DNA of 64,000 nucleotides from an uncultured Methylococcaceae bacterium (GTDB lineage Bacteria > Pseudomonadota > Gammaproteobacteria > Methylococcales > Methylomonadaceae): the NCBI GenBank assembly GCA_913056195.1, contig CAJXMF010000001.1:36270-100269 (forward strand), in the 5' to 3' direction. Position numbers and translations under genes: made by a program. Below are positions 20,284 to 30,846 of this stretch, piece by piece. The first letter of the stretch is position 1. Every line of letters starts with the position of its first letter. A model generated the notes under the pieces. That model saw nothing but the letters and a program-made list of their open reading frames with translations, did not search any database and was not told the DNA's origin.

Positions 20284-21186
20284 ATGGATAAGCTAACCAG
20301 CATGAATGTTTTTGTTAAGGTTGCCCGAGCGGGCAGCTTTGCGGCGGCGGCTCGCGAGCTGGGCATTTCCCGCGCGATGGCCACTAAACATATCATGTTC
20401 CTGGAAAAACAGTTACATACCCGCTTGTTCAATCGGACGACGCGAAGTTTGAGTCTGACCGAGGCGGGCGCCGCCTATCTTGAGCGATGCCAGGAGGTTC
20501 TACTGGATGTGGAGGAGATGGAAGCGGCTATTACCCATTTGCAGCATGAGCCACGGGGTGTGCTGAAAATCAGCGCACCGCCTGTGATCGGAGCAACCCA
20601 GATTGCACCGGCATTGACCGACTATATGAAAGAATATCCGCATATTGATGTCGATATGACGCTACATGGCGGGCACACCGATTTAATCGAAGAGGGGTTT
20701 GATATTGGCATTTGGTTAGGTGAACTCAGCGACACCAGTCTGGTTGCACGAAAATTGGCGCGTTCACAGTTGGTTGCCTGTGCGTCGCCGGATTATCTGG
20801 CTCAAAAAGGGGTACCGGAACAGCCTGAAGACTTGAATGAACATAGCTGTCTGGTCAATTGGGCCATGTCACCGCGGAATAAATGGTTATTCAAAGGTGT
20901 GTTAGGTAAGTTCGAAATCAAGGTCAGTGGTCGCATGCAGGCGAATATGGCCGATCCTATTCGTGTTGGTGCAATTAATGGTTTAGGTATCGTGATGCTG
21001 CCGCGTTACATCGTGGGACGGGATATTGAAAAAGGCAAGCTGCAACCGATACTGGAAGACTACGCCATTGATCCTATTCCAATCCATGCCGTTTACCCGC
21101 ATCGAAAATATTTATCCACCAAGGTGCGGATATTTATTGACTATTTACAAGCCTGGTTACCGAATCGGGTGGGAATGACAGAATAA
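20284..21186 (+). CDS. LysR-family transcriptional regulator
   Basis: N-terminal HTH FVKVARAGSFAAAARELGISRAMATKHIMFLEKQL plus a LysR substrate-binding domain pattern; 300 aa. Confidence 0.9.
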   Translation: MDKLTSMNVFVKVARAGSFAAAARELGISRAMATKHIMFLEKQLHTRLFNRTTRSLSLTEAGAAYLERCQEVLLDVEEMEAAITHLQHEPRGVLKISAPPVIGATQIAPALTDYMKEYPHIDVDMTLHGGHTDLIEEGFDIGIWLGELSDTSLVARKLARSQLVACASPDYLAQKGVPEQPEDLNEHSCLVNWAMSPRNKWLFKGVLGKFEIKVSGRMQANMADPIRVGAINGLGIVMLPRYIVGRDIEKGKLQPILEDYAIDPIPIHAVYPHRKYLSTKVRIFIDYLQAWLPNRVGMTE

Positions 21187-21758
21187 TGCCGGAACAACAG
21201 ATCAAGTGGGATCAAATTTATCGGAACTCGGATATCACGGCAGCACCTGCAACGGTTTTAAGGCAAAATGCCTGTTTATTGCCGACCCAAGGCACGGCTT
21301 TGGATTTGGCCTGTGGATTGGGTGGCAATGCGCTGTTTCTGGCGCAGCATGGCCTTGAAACACAAGCTTGGGATATTTCCCCAGTGGCGTTGGCTAAATT
21401 AGACGATAAATCACAGTCTGCCGGCCTGCACATTCAGACAAAACCGGTTAAAATAACACCCGAAACATTTTCACATCAGGCGTTTGATGTCATTGTGGTG
21501 AGCCGTTTTCTGGATCGATCGTTGGCATCGGCCATTTTGGACGCCTTAAACCCGGATGGCTTATTATTTTATCAAACCTTTGTTGTTGATAAATTGACCC
21601 GTTCCGGCCCATCAAATCCCGATTATCTACTGCAACGGAATGAATTGTTAACGCTGTTTGAGGCATTGACCCTGGTTTATTACCAGGAGCTTTCCCGTAT
21701 TGGCGATTTGAATGCCGGGAATCGAGATGAAGCCTTATTTATTGGCCAAAAAACATAG
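21186..21758 (+). CDS. Class I SAM-dependent methyltransferase (TehB-like)
   Basis: Motif I ALDLACGLGGNALFLA. 190 aa. The start overlaps the LysR stop (TAATG). Confidence 0.75.
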   Translation: MPEQQIKWDQIYRNSDITAAPATVLRQNACLLPTQGTALDLACGLGGNALFLAQHGLETQAWDISPVALAKLDDKSQSAGLHIQTKPVKITPETFSHQAFDVIVVSRFLDRSLASAILDALNPDGLLFYQTFVVDKLTRSGPSNPDYLLQRNELLTLFEALTLVYYQELSRIGDLNAGNRDEALFIGQKT

Positions 21759-21767
21759 AAACAGACC

Positions 21768-22160
21768 ATGATTGAAAACCTGAATCCAAAACAATGCTGG
21801 GAATTGCTTCAACAAAATCCACAAGCCGTTTTAATTGATGTCAGAACAGCGATTGAACATAGCTTTGTCGGCCATCCACCAGGCGCCGTTCATATTGCCT
21901 GGAAAGAATTTCCCGGCATGCAGTCAAACCCTGATTTTATCGAGCAGCTAAAACAAACAGTTCCCGATAAGACGGCCCCTGTCCTGTTATTATGTCGCAG
22001 TGGCCAACGATCATTGGCGGCTGCACAAGCCTTAGAGGCGGAAGGCTATCAGCATTTGATCAATATCGTCGATGGCTTTGAAGGGCCGTTGGATGACAAC
22101 AAGCACCGCGGCACGCTTGGCGGTTGGCGCTATGAAGGACTACCCTGGGAACAGAGTTAA
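21768..22160 (+). CDS. Rhodanese-like domain protein
   Basis: 130 aa, LIDVRT...H, with the active-site loop LLLCRSGQRS. Confidence 0.8.
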   Translation: MIENLNPKQCWELLQQNPQAVLIDVRTAIEHSFVGHPPGAVHIAWKEFPGMQSNPDFIEQLKQTVPDKTAPVLLLCRSGQRSLAAAQALEAEGYQHLINIVDGFEGPLDDNKHRGTLGGWRYEGLPWEQS

Positions 22161-22215
22161 TCCACCTTTCTTTTTAACCTCGCTGTATTTTTAGCTACTT
22201 ATTATATTTTTAAAC

Positions 22216-24030
22216 GTGATAGAAAAACTCAGAAACATTGCCATTATTGCGCACGTTGACCACGGTAAAACCACGTTGGTCGATCAATTATTACAACAAT
22301 CCGGTACCTTTGCCGCCCATGAAAAAGTCGATGAACGCATCATGGACTCAAACGATTTGGAAAAGGAACGCGGCATTACCATTTTGTCTAAAAATACAGC
22401 GATCGACTGGAATGGCTACCATATCAATATCGTTGATACGCCAGGACATGCTGATTTTGGCGGCGAAGTCGAGCGCGTATTATCCATGGTGGATTCAGTC
22501 CTGTTATTGGTCGATGCCGTTGATGGCCCAATGCCACAAACCCGTTTTGTGACACAGAAAGCCTTCGCCATGGGTTTGAAACCCATTGTCGTGATTAATA
22601 AAATCGACCGCCCGGGTGCTCGCCCTGACTGGGTGATCGATCAAACCTTCGATTTATTCGATAAACTGGGCGCAACCGATGAGCAACTGGATTTTCCGAT
22701 TGTGTACGCCTCAGCCTTAAATGGCTATGCCAGCCTGAGTGACGATGTGACAGAAGGTAATATGACGCCTTTGTTTGAAACCATCGTCGAGCAAGTCAGC
22801 CCGCCCGATGTCGATGTCGATGGGCCGTTCCAGATGCAAGTGATTACATTGGATTATAATTCTTATGTCGGCGTCATTGGCATTGGCCGAATCAAACGCG
22901 GTACGGTCAAGGTCAACATGCCATTGACCATTATCGATCATGAAGGCAATACCCGCTCAGGCCGTATGTTGCAGATTTTTGGTTTTCATGGTCTGGAGCG
23001 GGTGCCGGTACAACAGGCATCGGCGGGTGATATTATTGCCTTTACCGGTATTGATAAATTGCAGATTTCAGATACCTTGTGTGACCCTGAGGCCGTAGAA
23101 CCATTGCCGGCCCTATCGGTGGACGAACCGACCGTCAGCATGACATTTCAGGTCAATAACTCGCCGTTTGCCGGCAAAGAAGGCAAGTTTGTCACCTCCC
23201 GGCAAATTCGTGAGCGTCTGGAAAAGGAATTGCAGCATAATGTCGCCTTGCGGGTGGAAGATACCGATGATCCCGATAAATTCAAGGTTTCCGGTCGCGG
23301 TGAACTACACCTGTCTATCCTGATTGAAAATATGCGGCGGGAAGGTTTTGAGCTGGGCGTGTCGCGCCCTGAAGTCATCATCAAAGAAGTCGATGGCGAA
23401 AAACAGGAACCTTTTGAAATGGTCACGATTGAGGTGGAAGAAATTCATCAAGGCGCGATCATGGAAAAACTGGGGGAACGAAAAGGTGACTTGCTGAACA
23501 TGGTGCCGGATGGTAAAGGCCGGATCCGGCTGGAATACATGATGCCGTCACGGGGGTTGATCGGTTTTCAGACCGAATTTATGACAGCAACCTCAGGTTC
23601 TGGTCTGCTCTATCATGTCTTTGATCATTATGGCCCGATGAAAGCGGGTGAAGTCGGCTCTCGGCAGCGTGGCGTGTTGATTTCCATGGTAACGGGCAAA
23701 GCTCTGGCCTATGCTTTGTTCAACCTGCAAGACCGTGGTGAATTATTCCTTGAGCATGCCGATGAAGTTTATGAAGGCATGTTGGTCGGTATTCATTCCC
23801 GTGCCAACGACCTGGTCGTCAATCCGACCAAAGCCAAACAGCTTACCAATATCAGGGCAGCTGGCACCGATGAAGCGCTGACCTTGACGCGCATTCAGAA
23901 AATGACCCTGGAGCAGGCACTGGAATTTATCGATGATGATGAACTGGTGGAAGTGACGCCAAAATCGATCCGCTTGCGTAAAAAATTATTGACCGAAAAC
24001 GAACGCAAACGCGCCTCCCGACCGAGCTGA
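22216..24030 (+). CDS. typA: Translational GTPase TypA/BipA
   Basis: GTG start. [29 protein letters not shown] and NKIDR, with 604-aa collinearity to BipA. Confidence 0.95.
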   Translation: MIEKLRNIAIIAHVDHGKTTLVDQLLQQSGTFAAHEKVDERIMDSNDLEKERGITILSKNTAIDWNGYHINIVDTPGHADFGGEVERVLSMVDSVLLLVDAVDGPMPQTRFVTQKAFAMGLKPIVVINKIDRPGARPDWVIDQTFDLFDKLGATDEQLDFPIVYASALNGYASLSDDVTEGNMTPLFETIVEQVSPPDVDVDGPFQMQVITLDYNSYVGVIGIGRIKRGTVKVNMPLTIIDHEGNTRSGRMLQIFGFHGLERVPVQQASAGDIIAFTGIDKLQISDTLCDPEAVEPLPALSVDEPTVSMTFQVNNSPFAGKEGKFVTSRQIRERLEKELQHNVALRVEDTDDPDKFKVSGRGELHLSILIENMRREGFELGVSRPEVIIKEVDGEKQEPFEMVTIEVEEIHQGAIMEKLGERKGDLLNMVPDGKGRIRLEYMMPSRGLIGFQTEFMTATSGSGLLYHVFDHYGPMKAGEVGSRQRGVLISMVTGKALAYALFNLQDRGELFLEHADEVYEGMLVGIHSRANDLVVNPTKAKQLTNIRAAGTDEALTLTRIQKMTLEQALEFIDDDELVEVTPKSIRLRKKLLTENERKRASRPS

Positions 24031-24060
24031 TCGCTGAACGATTTACGGCAAAAATTAAAA

Positions 24061-24090
24061 AGGCCCAAATGTTTTTAAGCATTTGGGCCT
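24061..24090. terminator. Intrinsic terminator hairpin between convergent typA and ubiK
   Basis: AGGCCCAAATG-tttttaag-CATTTGGGCCT. The A/T-rich run on the low-coordinate side gives a U tract for the minus-strand (ubiK) transcript. Confidence 0.6.
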
Positions 24091-24097
24091 TCGTCAC

Positions 24098-24180
24098 TAT
24101 TCAGAGTTCCCTGTTATTTGACACCCTCATCCCATCCTTCTCCCAAAGGGGGAAGGCGATATTGTGAGGGGCTCTGAATA
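24098..24180. other. 83-nt three-tier imperfect palindrome (structured extragenic element)
   Basis: Nested inverted repeats: TATTCAGAG/CTCTGAATA, CCCTCA/TGAGGG and CCTTCTCCC-aaa-GGGGGAAGG. Confidence 0.4.
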
Positions 24181-24195
24181 TTTTAAAGCGACTGA

Positions 24196-24462
24196 TCAGT
24201 TTTCTTGATCGGTCGATACCGGCAAACGTTTTTCCAGCTCGGCGACTTGTTTTTCCAAGGCCTCCAGCTTGGAGCGCGTTTTTGCCAGCACGCCTTTCTG
24301 GACGTCAAATTCTTCCCGCGTAACCAGATCAAGCTTGTCCAGTGCAGATTGCAAGATGGCGCGGAAACTTTTTTCCATTTCATCTTTAATCTGGCTCAAG
24401 CCGGGGGGCAAAGCGCCGCTTAATTTAGTGGCAATGTCTTCTATCGCTTTTGGATCAAACAT
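24196..24462 (-). CDS. ubiK: UbiK/YqiC-family accessory factor
   Basis: 88 aa. MFDPKAIEDIATKL...LDLVTREEFDVQ...L..LEKRL is the typical UbiK coiled-coil pattern. Confidence 0.75.
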   Translation of the reverse strand: MFDPKAIEDIATKLSGALPPGLSQIKDEMEKSFRAILQSALDKLDLVTREEFDVQKGVLAKTRSKLEALEKQVAELEKRLPVSTDQEN

Positions 24463-24466
24463 AATG

Positions 24467-25048
24467 TTACTCGTCGTAAAGTTTAAGTATTGGGGGCAAA
24501 TGTTCCCGGCAGATTTTCTCGGTGTCTGCGGGAGTTAAGGGTAAATCAGTCAGATTGCAATGGTAATGGCTGTCAATTTCTGCAAAATGTTGACAGGTTT
24601 TACACAAGCCAAACGATTTCGATTGATTAGCCTGTTGCAAAGCCGTCAAGGTTTTCACCAGGGCATCCTCAATCGATGTAAATTTTTCGGCGGCAATGTC
24701 TTTATCAATACGATCAAACAATTCAATTGAGGAAAAGTTTGCGACCAGTTGCTGACCGGCTTCGGTCAGCGCTAAATGAACAACGCGCATATCATCAGCA
24801 TCTGCGCGTTTTTCAATATAGCCTTTTCGCACCAGAATCTGAATGGATTGAGACACGGTGCCTTTGGTCAATCCCAGGTATTCGGTGATAGAGGCCGGCG
24901 TATCGCTGAATTTATTGCATTGCGCCAGGTATTCCAGAATTTGACCGTGAACCGGCTGCAGTCCATAAACGGCAAATTGTTTACGTTCTTCCGATCGAAT
25001 CAAGGTGCTGATTCGATCAATGAGATATAGGGTTTTTCTTGCATACAT
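24467..25048 (-). CDS. MarR-family transcriptional regulator with Cys-rich C-terminal extension
   Basis: Winged-HTH core (GLTKGTVSQSIQILVRKGYIEKR...D.R) followed by the tail CKTCQHF...HYHC...C. Confidence 0.8.
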   Translation of the reverse strand: MYARKTLYLIDRISTLIRSEERKQFAVYGLQPVHGQILEYLAQCNKFSDTPASITEYLGLTKGTVSQSIQILVRKGYIEKRADADDMRVVHLALTEAGQQLVANFSSIELFDRIDKDIAAEKFTSIEDALVKTLTALQQANQSKSFGLCKTCQHFAEIDSHYHCNLTDLPLTPADTEKICREHLPPILKLYDE

Positions 25049-25169
25049 AATTTTATTCTAGCATAAAAGAAAATGCTTAACCCAGCTTTGCCATTGACGC
25101 GCCATAAATCTATATATTATTTATCAATAACTTAGGGTATTGATACCTTGAATTTCCAGAAAAATCAAC

Positions 25170-26018
25170 TTAAATTCGAATAGCTTGTTTAAAAAACTCC
25201 GGCTGTGCCTTGCTGGCCTGGTGAATGTCAGCATTGTAATAGTGTGTGGCAAAAGTTTTTTGTTCAGCATCGTGGCGACGAAAATCAGATAAATCAGATT
25301 TTCCCGCCAGGGTGGCGCTCCACCAGCCGGAAGGATAGACACATTGCGGAAAAAACAGGGTTTGTAAGTGAGAAAATCCCGCCTTGTGCATCGCGCCGCG
25401 CATATCGGCTAACAGTTTTAGATGGTACAAGGGGGATTCACTTTGCTGAATGACGATGCCGTTGTCACTCAGGCAATTAAAACAATCCCGATAAAAATCT
25501 TCACTGAACAGACCTTCAGCCGGCCCTACCGGATCAGTACTGTCGACGATGATAATGTCGACGCTGTTTGGTGCAGCCTGTTTAACCCACTGAATACCGT
25601 CAATAAACTTGAGTTCTGCACGAGGGTCGTGATTCGATTCACACAGCGCCGGAAAATATTGTTCAGACAGCCGCGTTACGCGTTCATCAATATCAATTTG
25701 CACCACACGCTCGACGCCGGGATGTTTGAGGACTTCTTTCAAGGTGCCGCAATCGCCACCGCCGATAATCCAGATATTTTTTGGGTCGGGATGGGTAAAC
25801 AGCGCGGTGTGGCTCATCATTTCATGATAGAAAAAATTATCCCGGTCGGTCAGCATGACATAACCGTCGATTACCATCAGATTGCCGAATTTTTCGGTTT
25901 CATAGATTTCCAGAAACTGAAAATCCGACTGTTCTTCGTGTAATTTTTGTTTGATTTTTAGCGAAAACGCTGAACCTTCACTGGGGACAGGTTCAGTAAA
26001 CCATGACTCATCAAGCAT
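25170..26018 (-). CDS. speE: Polyamine aminopropyltransferase (spermidine synthase)
   Basis: LMVIDGYVMLTDRDNFFYHEMM, IIGGGDCGTLKEV and VDSTDPVGPAEGLF. Confidence 0.9.
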   Translation of the reverse strand: MLDESWFTEPVPSEGSAFSLKIKQKLHEEQSDFQFLEIYETEKFGNLMVIDGYVMLTDRDNFFYHEMMSHTALFTHPDPKNIWIIGGGDCGTLKEVLKHPGVERVVQIDIDERVTRLSEQYFPALCESNHDPRAELKFIDGIQWVKQAAPNSVDIIIVDSTDPVGPAEGLFSEDFYRDCFNCLSDNGIVIQQSESPLYHLKLLADMRGAMHKAGFSHLQTLFFPQCVYPSGWWSATLAGKSDLSDFRRHDAEQKTFATHYYNADIHQASKAQPEFFKQAIRI

Positions 26019-26039
26019 CTTTGATTCCTGAATAATGGG

Positions 26040-26591
26040 TTAAGTTTTGTTTAAATAATCCTGACATAAATACAGCGCCGCAATTGAACGGGCTTCGGTG
26101 CATTCGCCCGAGGCGAGTAATGCCGGGAGATTATCCAGCTTCCAGGGGACAACGTCCAGTTCTTCGGGTTCATCGCCGCTTAATTTGCTGGGATACAGGC
26201 CTTCGGCGATGACCACATCGATACAATGTTCCATATATGCCGGTGCCAGTGATAAAGCGGTCAGATGATGAAGTTTATGTGCCGCATAGCCGGCTTCTTC
26301 CTGCAATTCCCGATTAGCAGCGGTCAGGCAATCCTCCCCGGCATCGAGTTTACCTTTGGGAAGCCCCAGTTCATAACGGTGTAAGCCGGCGGCATATTCT
26401 CTGACCAGCAAGACCGTTTCCGAGTCAAGCAAGGGCACAATCAGGACGGCACCATGACCTTTTCCACGGATCAGGCGTTCGTATTCACGCTGTTCACCAT
26501 TTTGGAATTTCAGTGACAGTGATTCGACGCTAAATTGACGGGTTTGGACAATGGTTTTTCGGTGTAAAATCTCAGGTTTTTTGTGCATCAA
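26040..26591 (-). CDS. nudE: ADP compounds hydrolase NudE (Nudix)
   Basis: Collinear with E. coli NudE. Nudix box GKLDAGEDCLTAANRELQEEAGY, plus LSGDEPEEL. Confidence 0.85.
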   Translation of the reverse strand: MMHKKPEILHRKTIVQTRQFSVESLSLKFQNGEQREYERLIRGKGHGAVLIVPLLDSETVLLVREYAAGLHRYELGLPKGKLDAGEDCLTAANRELQEEAGYAAHKLHHLTALSLAPAYMEHCIDVVIAEGLYPSKLSGDEPEELDVVPWKLDNLPALLASGECTEARSIAALYLCQDYLNKT

Positions 26592-26684
26592 TGATCGTTA
26601 TTAAATGCCGTTACCAGATTCCGGCGTTAAGGATTCAGGTACAATATAACAGCATAATCAACCGATAACATCAATGGATTTTTT

Positions 26685-28511
26685 GTGACCATAAACGATT
26701 GGAGTACACAGGACGCTGAGCGCTTGTATGCCGTTCCATTCTGGGGCGAGGGTTATTTTTCGATTAACGCGGCAGGCCATGTTTGTGTCAAGCCGCGACA
26801 AGATACTGAAACCCGGATTGATTTGTTTGAGGTCGCGCAGGCCTTAAAACAACGGCCGCTGTCGTTCCCGGTATTACTGCGTTTTCCCGATATATTGCGC
26901 GACAGAATTTTTCAATTGCACAAGGCCTTTCAGGAAAGCTGCAAGCGGCATGATTATGGCGGGCAATATCTGCCGGTTTATCCGATTAAGGTCAACCAGC
27001 AAGGGACGGTGGTGGAAAATATCATCGCCGCCAAAAATATTGGTTTGGAAGCGGGGAGTAAACCCGAGTTACTGGCGATTCTAGGCTTATGCAGGCACGG
27101 TGTCATTGTCTGCAATGGTTACAAAGACGGAGCCTATATCCGCATGGCGCTGATCGGTCAGAAAATGGGCCAAACGGTGTTCATTGTGATCGAGAAACCT
27201 TCGGAGCTGGCGCTGATTTTGCAGCAAGCAGCTGAACTCGGCGTTGAACCCTGCTTGGGTATCAGAATTCGGCTGTCTACCATCAGTGCCGGAAAATGGC
27301 AAAACAGCGGTGGCGAGAAATCCAAATTCGGCCTCCATCCAGGCGATGTGCTGGCCGTGATCGAACGCTTGAAACAGGCTGGAAAGCTGGATATTTTACG
27401 CTTGATTCATTTTCATATGGGTTCGCAAATCGCCAATATTCACGATATCAAACGCGCGCTGAAAGAAGCCAGTCAGTTTTTTGTGCAGTTACGACGATTG
27501 GGGGTTCCAATTACCACGATTGATGTCGGCGGTGGTTTGGGGGTGGACTATGATGGCAGTCATTCGCGCCGGGAATGCTCGGCAAACTACAGCCTGGCCG
27601 AATATGCCGATAATATCGTCGCCACCTTTGCTGAATGCTGTCAAAAACAGGGATTACCCCAACCGGATATCATTACCGAGTCGGGGCGCGCGATTACGGC
27701 GCATCATGCGGTATTGATTACCAATGTCGCCGAGGTGGAACGCTATCCTGAAAAAACGGCACAAGATATGGATTGCTCCCAGCCTAATCTGTTGGAAACC
27801 TGGCATAACGTACAGTTTGAAATCAGCGAGGCCCGGCAAATGTTTGTCCAGGGTGATATTGATTTGCATGGGCTGGCGCAGCACGAACAGCAGTATATTC
27901 AAGCGATACAGAGGATTCGTCAGTCGCTGGATGTGTCGATTTACAGTCACCGCGAAATTTTGCAGGAACTCGATGAAAAGCTGGCCGACAAGTTTTTCTG
28001 TAATTTTTCCCTGTTTCAGTCGATGCCGGATGCCTGGGGTATTGAGCAGATATTCCCGATTTTGCCGATTCACCGACTGGATGAGAAACCTGAGCGCAGG
28101 GCGGTGATTCAGGACTTAACCTGTGATTCCGATGGCCGGGTGGATTTTTATGTGGAACGGCAGAATATCGAAAAAACATTGGCGGTGCATACACTGAAAG
28201 CGAATGAAATTTATTTGATTGGCTTTTTTATGCTGGGCGCCTATCAGGAAATTCTGGGTGATATGCATAATCTTTTTGGCGACACCCATTCTGTCAATAT
28301 CGAACTGACGGAAGACGGTTATCGCATGAGCGATTTTCTGGAAGGTGAGCATGTCAGTGATTTGCTCGATTATGTTCACATCAATCGACAAACCTTGCAG
28401 CAGGCCTATACGGAAAAATTGCAAACCAGCGCAGTATCATCCGCCGAAAAAGAACGCTATCTAAACGAATTGTTACACGGCTTGAAAGCCTATACATATC
28501 TGGAGAAATAA
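26685..28511 (+). CDS. speA: Biosynthetic arginine decarboxylase
   Basis: GTG start. WGEGYFSINAAGHVCV, YPIKVNQQ, HFHMGSQI and IDVGGGLGVDYDG; 608 aa. Confidence 0.92.
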   Translation: MTINDWSTQDAERLYAVPFWGEGYFSINAAGHVCVKPRQDTETRIDLFEVAQALKQRPLSFPVLLRFPDILRDRIFQLHKAFQESCKRHDYGGQYLPVYPIKVNQQGTVVENIIAAKNIGLEAGSKPELLAILGLCRHGVIVCNGYKDGAYIRMALIGQKMGQTVFIVIEKPSELALILQQAAELGVEPCLGIRIRLSTISAGKWQNSGGEKSKFGLHPGDVLAVIERLKQAGKLDILRLIHFHMGSQIANIHDIKRALKEASQFFVQLRRLGVPITTIDVGGGLGVDYDGSHSRRECSANYSLAEYADNIVATFAECCQKQGLPQPDIITESGRAITAHHAVLITNVAEVERYPEKTAQDMDCSQPNLLETWHNVQFEISEARQMFVQGDIDLHGLAQHEQQYIQAIQRIRQSLDVSIYSHREILQELDEKLADKFFCNFSLFQSMPDAWGIEQIFPILPIHRLDEKPERRAVIQDLTCDSDGRVDFYVERQNIEKTLAVHTLKANEIYLIGFFMLGAYQEILGDMHNLFGDTHSVNIELTEDGYRMSDFLEGEHVSDLLDYVHINRQTLQQAYTEKLQTSAVSSAEKERYLNELLHGLKAYTYLEK

Positions 28512-28512
28512 G

Positions 28513-29373
28513 ATGCAAGCAGGCATGATTGGACTCGGCGCTATGGGGGTTGGCATGGCCAGCAATCTGGCACAGGCCGGTTTTTTACAGGGTGTTTATA
28601 ATCGTACGCAACACAAGGCCGAAACATGGGCTCAAACATTGGCTTGTCGGCATTATGCTACGATTTCTGAGCTGGCTGCCGACTGCAATGTGGTGTTTCT
28701 ATGCGTCTCAGCCGATGTCGATGTCTTAGAGGTTGTTGAACAGATTCAGCAGGCCGCCAAACCCGGAACGATTGTAGTCGATATGTCCACGGTCAGCGTC
28801 GACACAGCGCGGCAGGCCGCGGCAAAATTGGCAGAAAAACAGATTGCCTTTCTCGATGCCCCCGTTTCAGGCGGCGTGGAAGGCGCTAAAAACGCTAAAT
28901 TGGTGATGATGGTCGGTGGTGACGAAGCGGTATTGGATAAGGTACGCCCACTCCTTATGGCGATGAGTCAGCGCATCGCCTACATGGGGCCAACCGGCAG
29001 TGGTCAGGCGACAAAGGCGGTAAACCAGATTATGGCGGCCGGCATCAATCAGGCCGTCAGCGAAGCCTTAATTTTTGGTCAGACCCAGGGACTTGATATG
29101 GATAAGGTGATTGATGTCATTTCAGGCGGTGCTGCGGGAAACTGGTTTTTACAGCATCGCGGGCCAACAATGATAAAAAACAGCTTTAAACCGGGATTTA
29201 AAGTGGCTTTGCATCATAAAGATTTAACCATTTGCCGGCAAATGGCTGAACAGAAACAATTGACCTTGCCATTGCTTGAAAAAACACTTCAGGATTATCA
29301 GGATTTGATCGCGCAAGGTTTTGGCGAAGAAGATATTTCTGCTCTGTACCGGCTGAAGAAAAATCTGGAGTAA
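28513..29373 (+). CDS. NAD(P)-dependent oxidoreductase, 3-hydroxyisobutyrate/6-phosphogluconate dehydrogenase family
   Basis: GMIGLGAMGVGMASNL Rossmann motif, DAPVSGGVEGAKNAKL and the family C-domain. Starts 2 nt after the speA stop. Confidence 0.8.
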   Translation: MQAGMIGLGAMGVGMASNLAQAGFLQGVYNRTQHKAETWAQTLACRHYATISELAADCNVVFLCVSADVDVLEVVEQIQQAAKPGTIVVDMSTVSVDTARQAAAKLAEKQIAFLDAPVSGGVEGAKNAKLVMMVGGDEAVLDKVRPLLMAMSQRIAYMGPTGSGQATKAVNQIMAAGINQAVSEALIFGQTQGLDMDKVIDVISGGAAGNWFLQHRGPTMIKNSFKPGFKVALHHKDLTICRQMAEQKQLTLPLLEKTLQDYQDLIAQGFGEEDISALYRLKKNLE

Positions 29374-29394
29374 CACCAAAATCCTGGAAAAACG

Positions 29395-29883
29395 CTATTT
29401 TCCGCAGCAGCGTTTATATTTTTTGCCGCTGCCGCATGGACAGGTTTTGTTCTTGCCTTCGTTGACTTGCTGGTTGGCACGGGAAACCGATTTAACCAGG
29501 CCATCCATATAAAACCAACGTCCGTTCTTGAACACAAAACGGCTGATTTCATGCATGACATACGGCTCGCCATCCAGGGTGTAATGGGCTTTGAATTCGA
29601 TAAGTCCTTTTTTATCGTTTATCGCGCCCTTCTTGCATTGAATAATGTCCAGCTGCGTCCAAACAACATCACCTTCTTTGGAAAAGTCAATAAATTTCGG
29701 CTTTTTCGTGCTAGCATCATCCCAGGTGGCGAGTAAATAGGCTTCATTTTTCTGGGCGTAGGCGGTAAAGCGCGAACGCATCAGTGCTTCAGCAGTCGTT
29801 GGATGGTCTTTGTGCGCAATGAAGCGCTGGCAACAGTTGGCACTGTTCAGGCCTGAACCACATAAACAGCTTGAATTATCCAT
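29395..29883 (-). CDS. ychJ: YchJ family protein (SEC-C motifs, UPF0225)
   Basis: An N-terminal CLCGSG...CC and a C-terminal CPCGSGKKYKRCCG SEC-C motif flank an NTF2-like core. Confidence 0.8.
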   Translation of the reverse strand: MDNSSCLCGSGLNSANCCQRFIAHKDHPTTAEALMRSRFTAYAQKNEAYLLATWDDASTKKPKFIDFSKEGDVVWTQLDIIQCKKGAINDKKGLIEFKAHYTLDGEPYVMHEISRFVFKNGRWFYMDGLVKSVSRANQQVNEGKNKTCPCGSGKKYKRCCGK

Positions 29884-29894
29884 CCAATGTTACC

Positions 29895-30548
29895 CTATCG
29901 TGTCCCATAAACGACAATGGTTTTGCCGTGCGCGCTGATCATACCTTTGTCCTGTAATTCTTTTAATACACGACCCGCCATTTCTCTGGAACAACCAACA
30001 ATGCGGCCAATTTCCTGGCGGGTAATGTAAATTTGCATGCCTTCCGGGTGGGTTATGGCATCGGGTTCTTTGGCCAGGTCCATCAAGGTTCGAGCAATGC
30101 GGCCTTCAACATCCATAAAGGCCAAGTCACGATATTTACGGCTGGTAATCAATAAACGGGATGAGATTTGTTCACCCAACATATAAAGGATATCGGCCGC
30201 ATAATCACGCATCTCCCGTTTTAAAGCCAGGTGGAGGCGATCATAGGAGATCTCTGCGAGTTGACATTTGCATCGGGTTTTAACGGTGACTTTACGGATT
30301 TCGCCACCTTTGAAAACCCCGACTTCACCAATAAATTCATGCTTGTTTAAATACGCCAGAATCAATTCACGGCCGGATTCATCTTCTACGCTGACACTGA
30401 CCGAGCCATCAAGGATAAATAATAATTTATCGCCCTCATCACCTGGACGAATAATAGTCTTTTTAGCCGGATATGAGCGGGTATGGCAGAGGCGTAAAAA
30501 CTGTTCTAAAGCTTCAGTGTTGATCATATTTTCAGTTATCAGAGCCAT
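29895..30548 (-). CDS. crp: cAMP-responsive global regulator Crp/Vfr
   Basis: cNMP-binding domain (FIGEVGVF) and C-terminal HTH RQEIGRIVGCSREMAGRVLK. Divergent from yhfA, as in E. coli. Confidence 0.9.
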   Translation of the reverse strand: MALITENMINTEALEQFLRLCHTRSYPAKKTIIRPGDEGDKLLFILDGSVSVSVEDESGRELILAYLNKHEFIGEVGVFKGGEIRKVTVKTRCKCQLAEISYDRLHLALKREMRDYAADILYMLGEQISSRLLITSRKYRDLAFMDVEGRIARTLMDLAKEPDAITHPEGMQIYITRQEIGRIVGCSREMAGRVLKELQDKGMISAHGKTIVVYGTR

Positions 30549-30846
30549 AAATGTTTATTACCGTTTAATAAATAGCAGATTACTCGTTTTTTGCAGCGTT
30601 TTTGATGTGACTGTCGTTTTGTTTAAAGCGTATGGAATACGTTAATATCCCGATTTTTGGGATACATTGCAATAGTCATCTGAAAAAAGCAATAAAAACA
30701 CGCCAGTCATTGTAAAATTATACCCTTTGCATATGATATTTGGGCAACCCTGCGATTACTTTTGTCGAGGGCAAGGCGAAAAAGCGAGCTGGCGTGACTG
30801 AATTTTATATGTTTAGAGTAATATAACCTTTTTTACAGGAAAATCT

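Noticed and set aside
25422-25943. 173-aa ORF on the plus strand
   Set aside because: It is entirely antisense to the well-supported speE gene and has no recognisable motifs.
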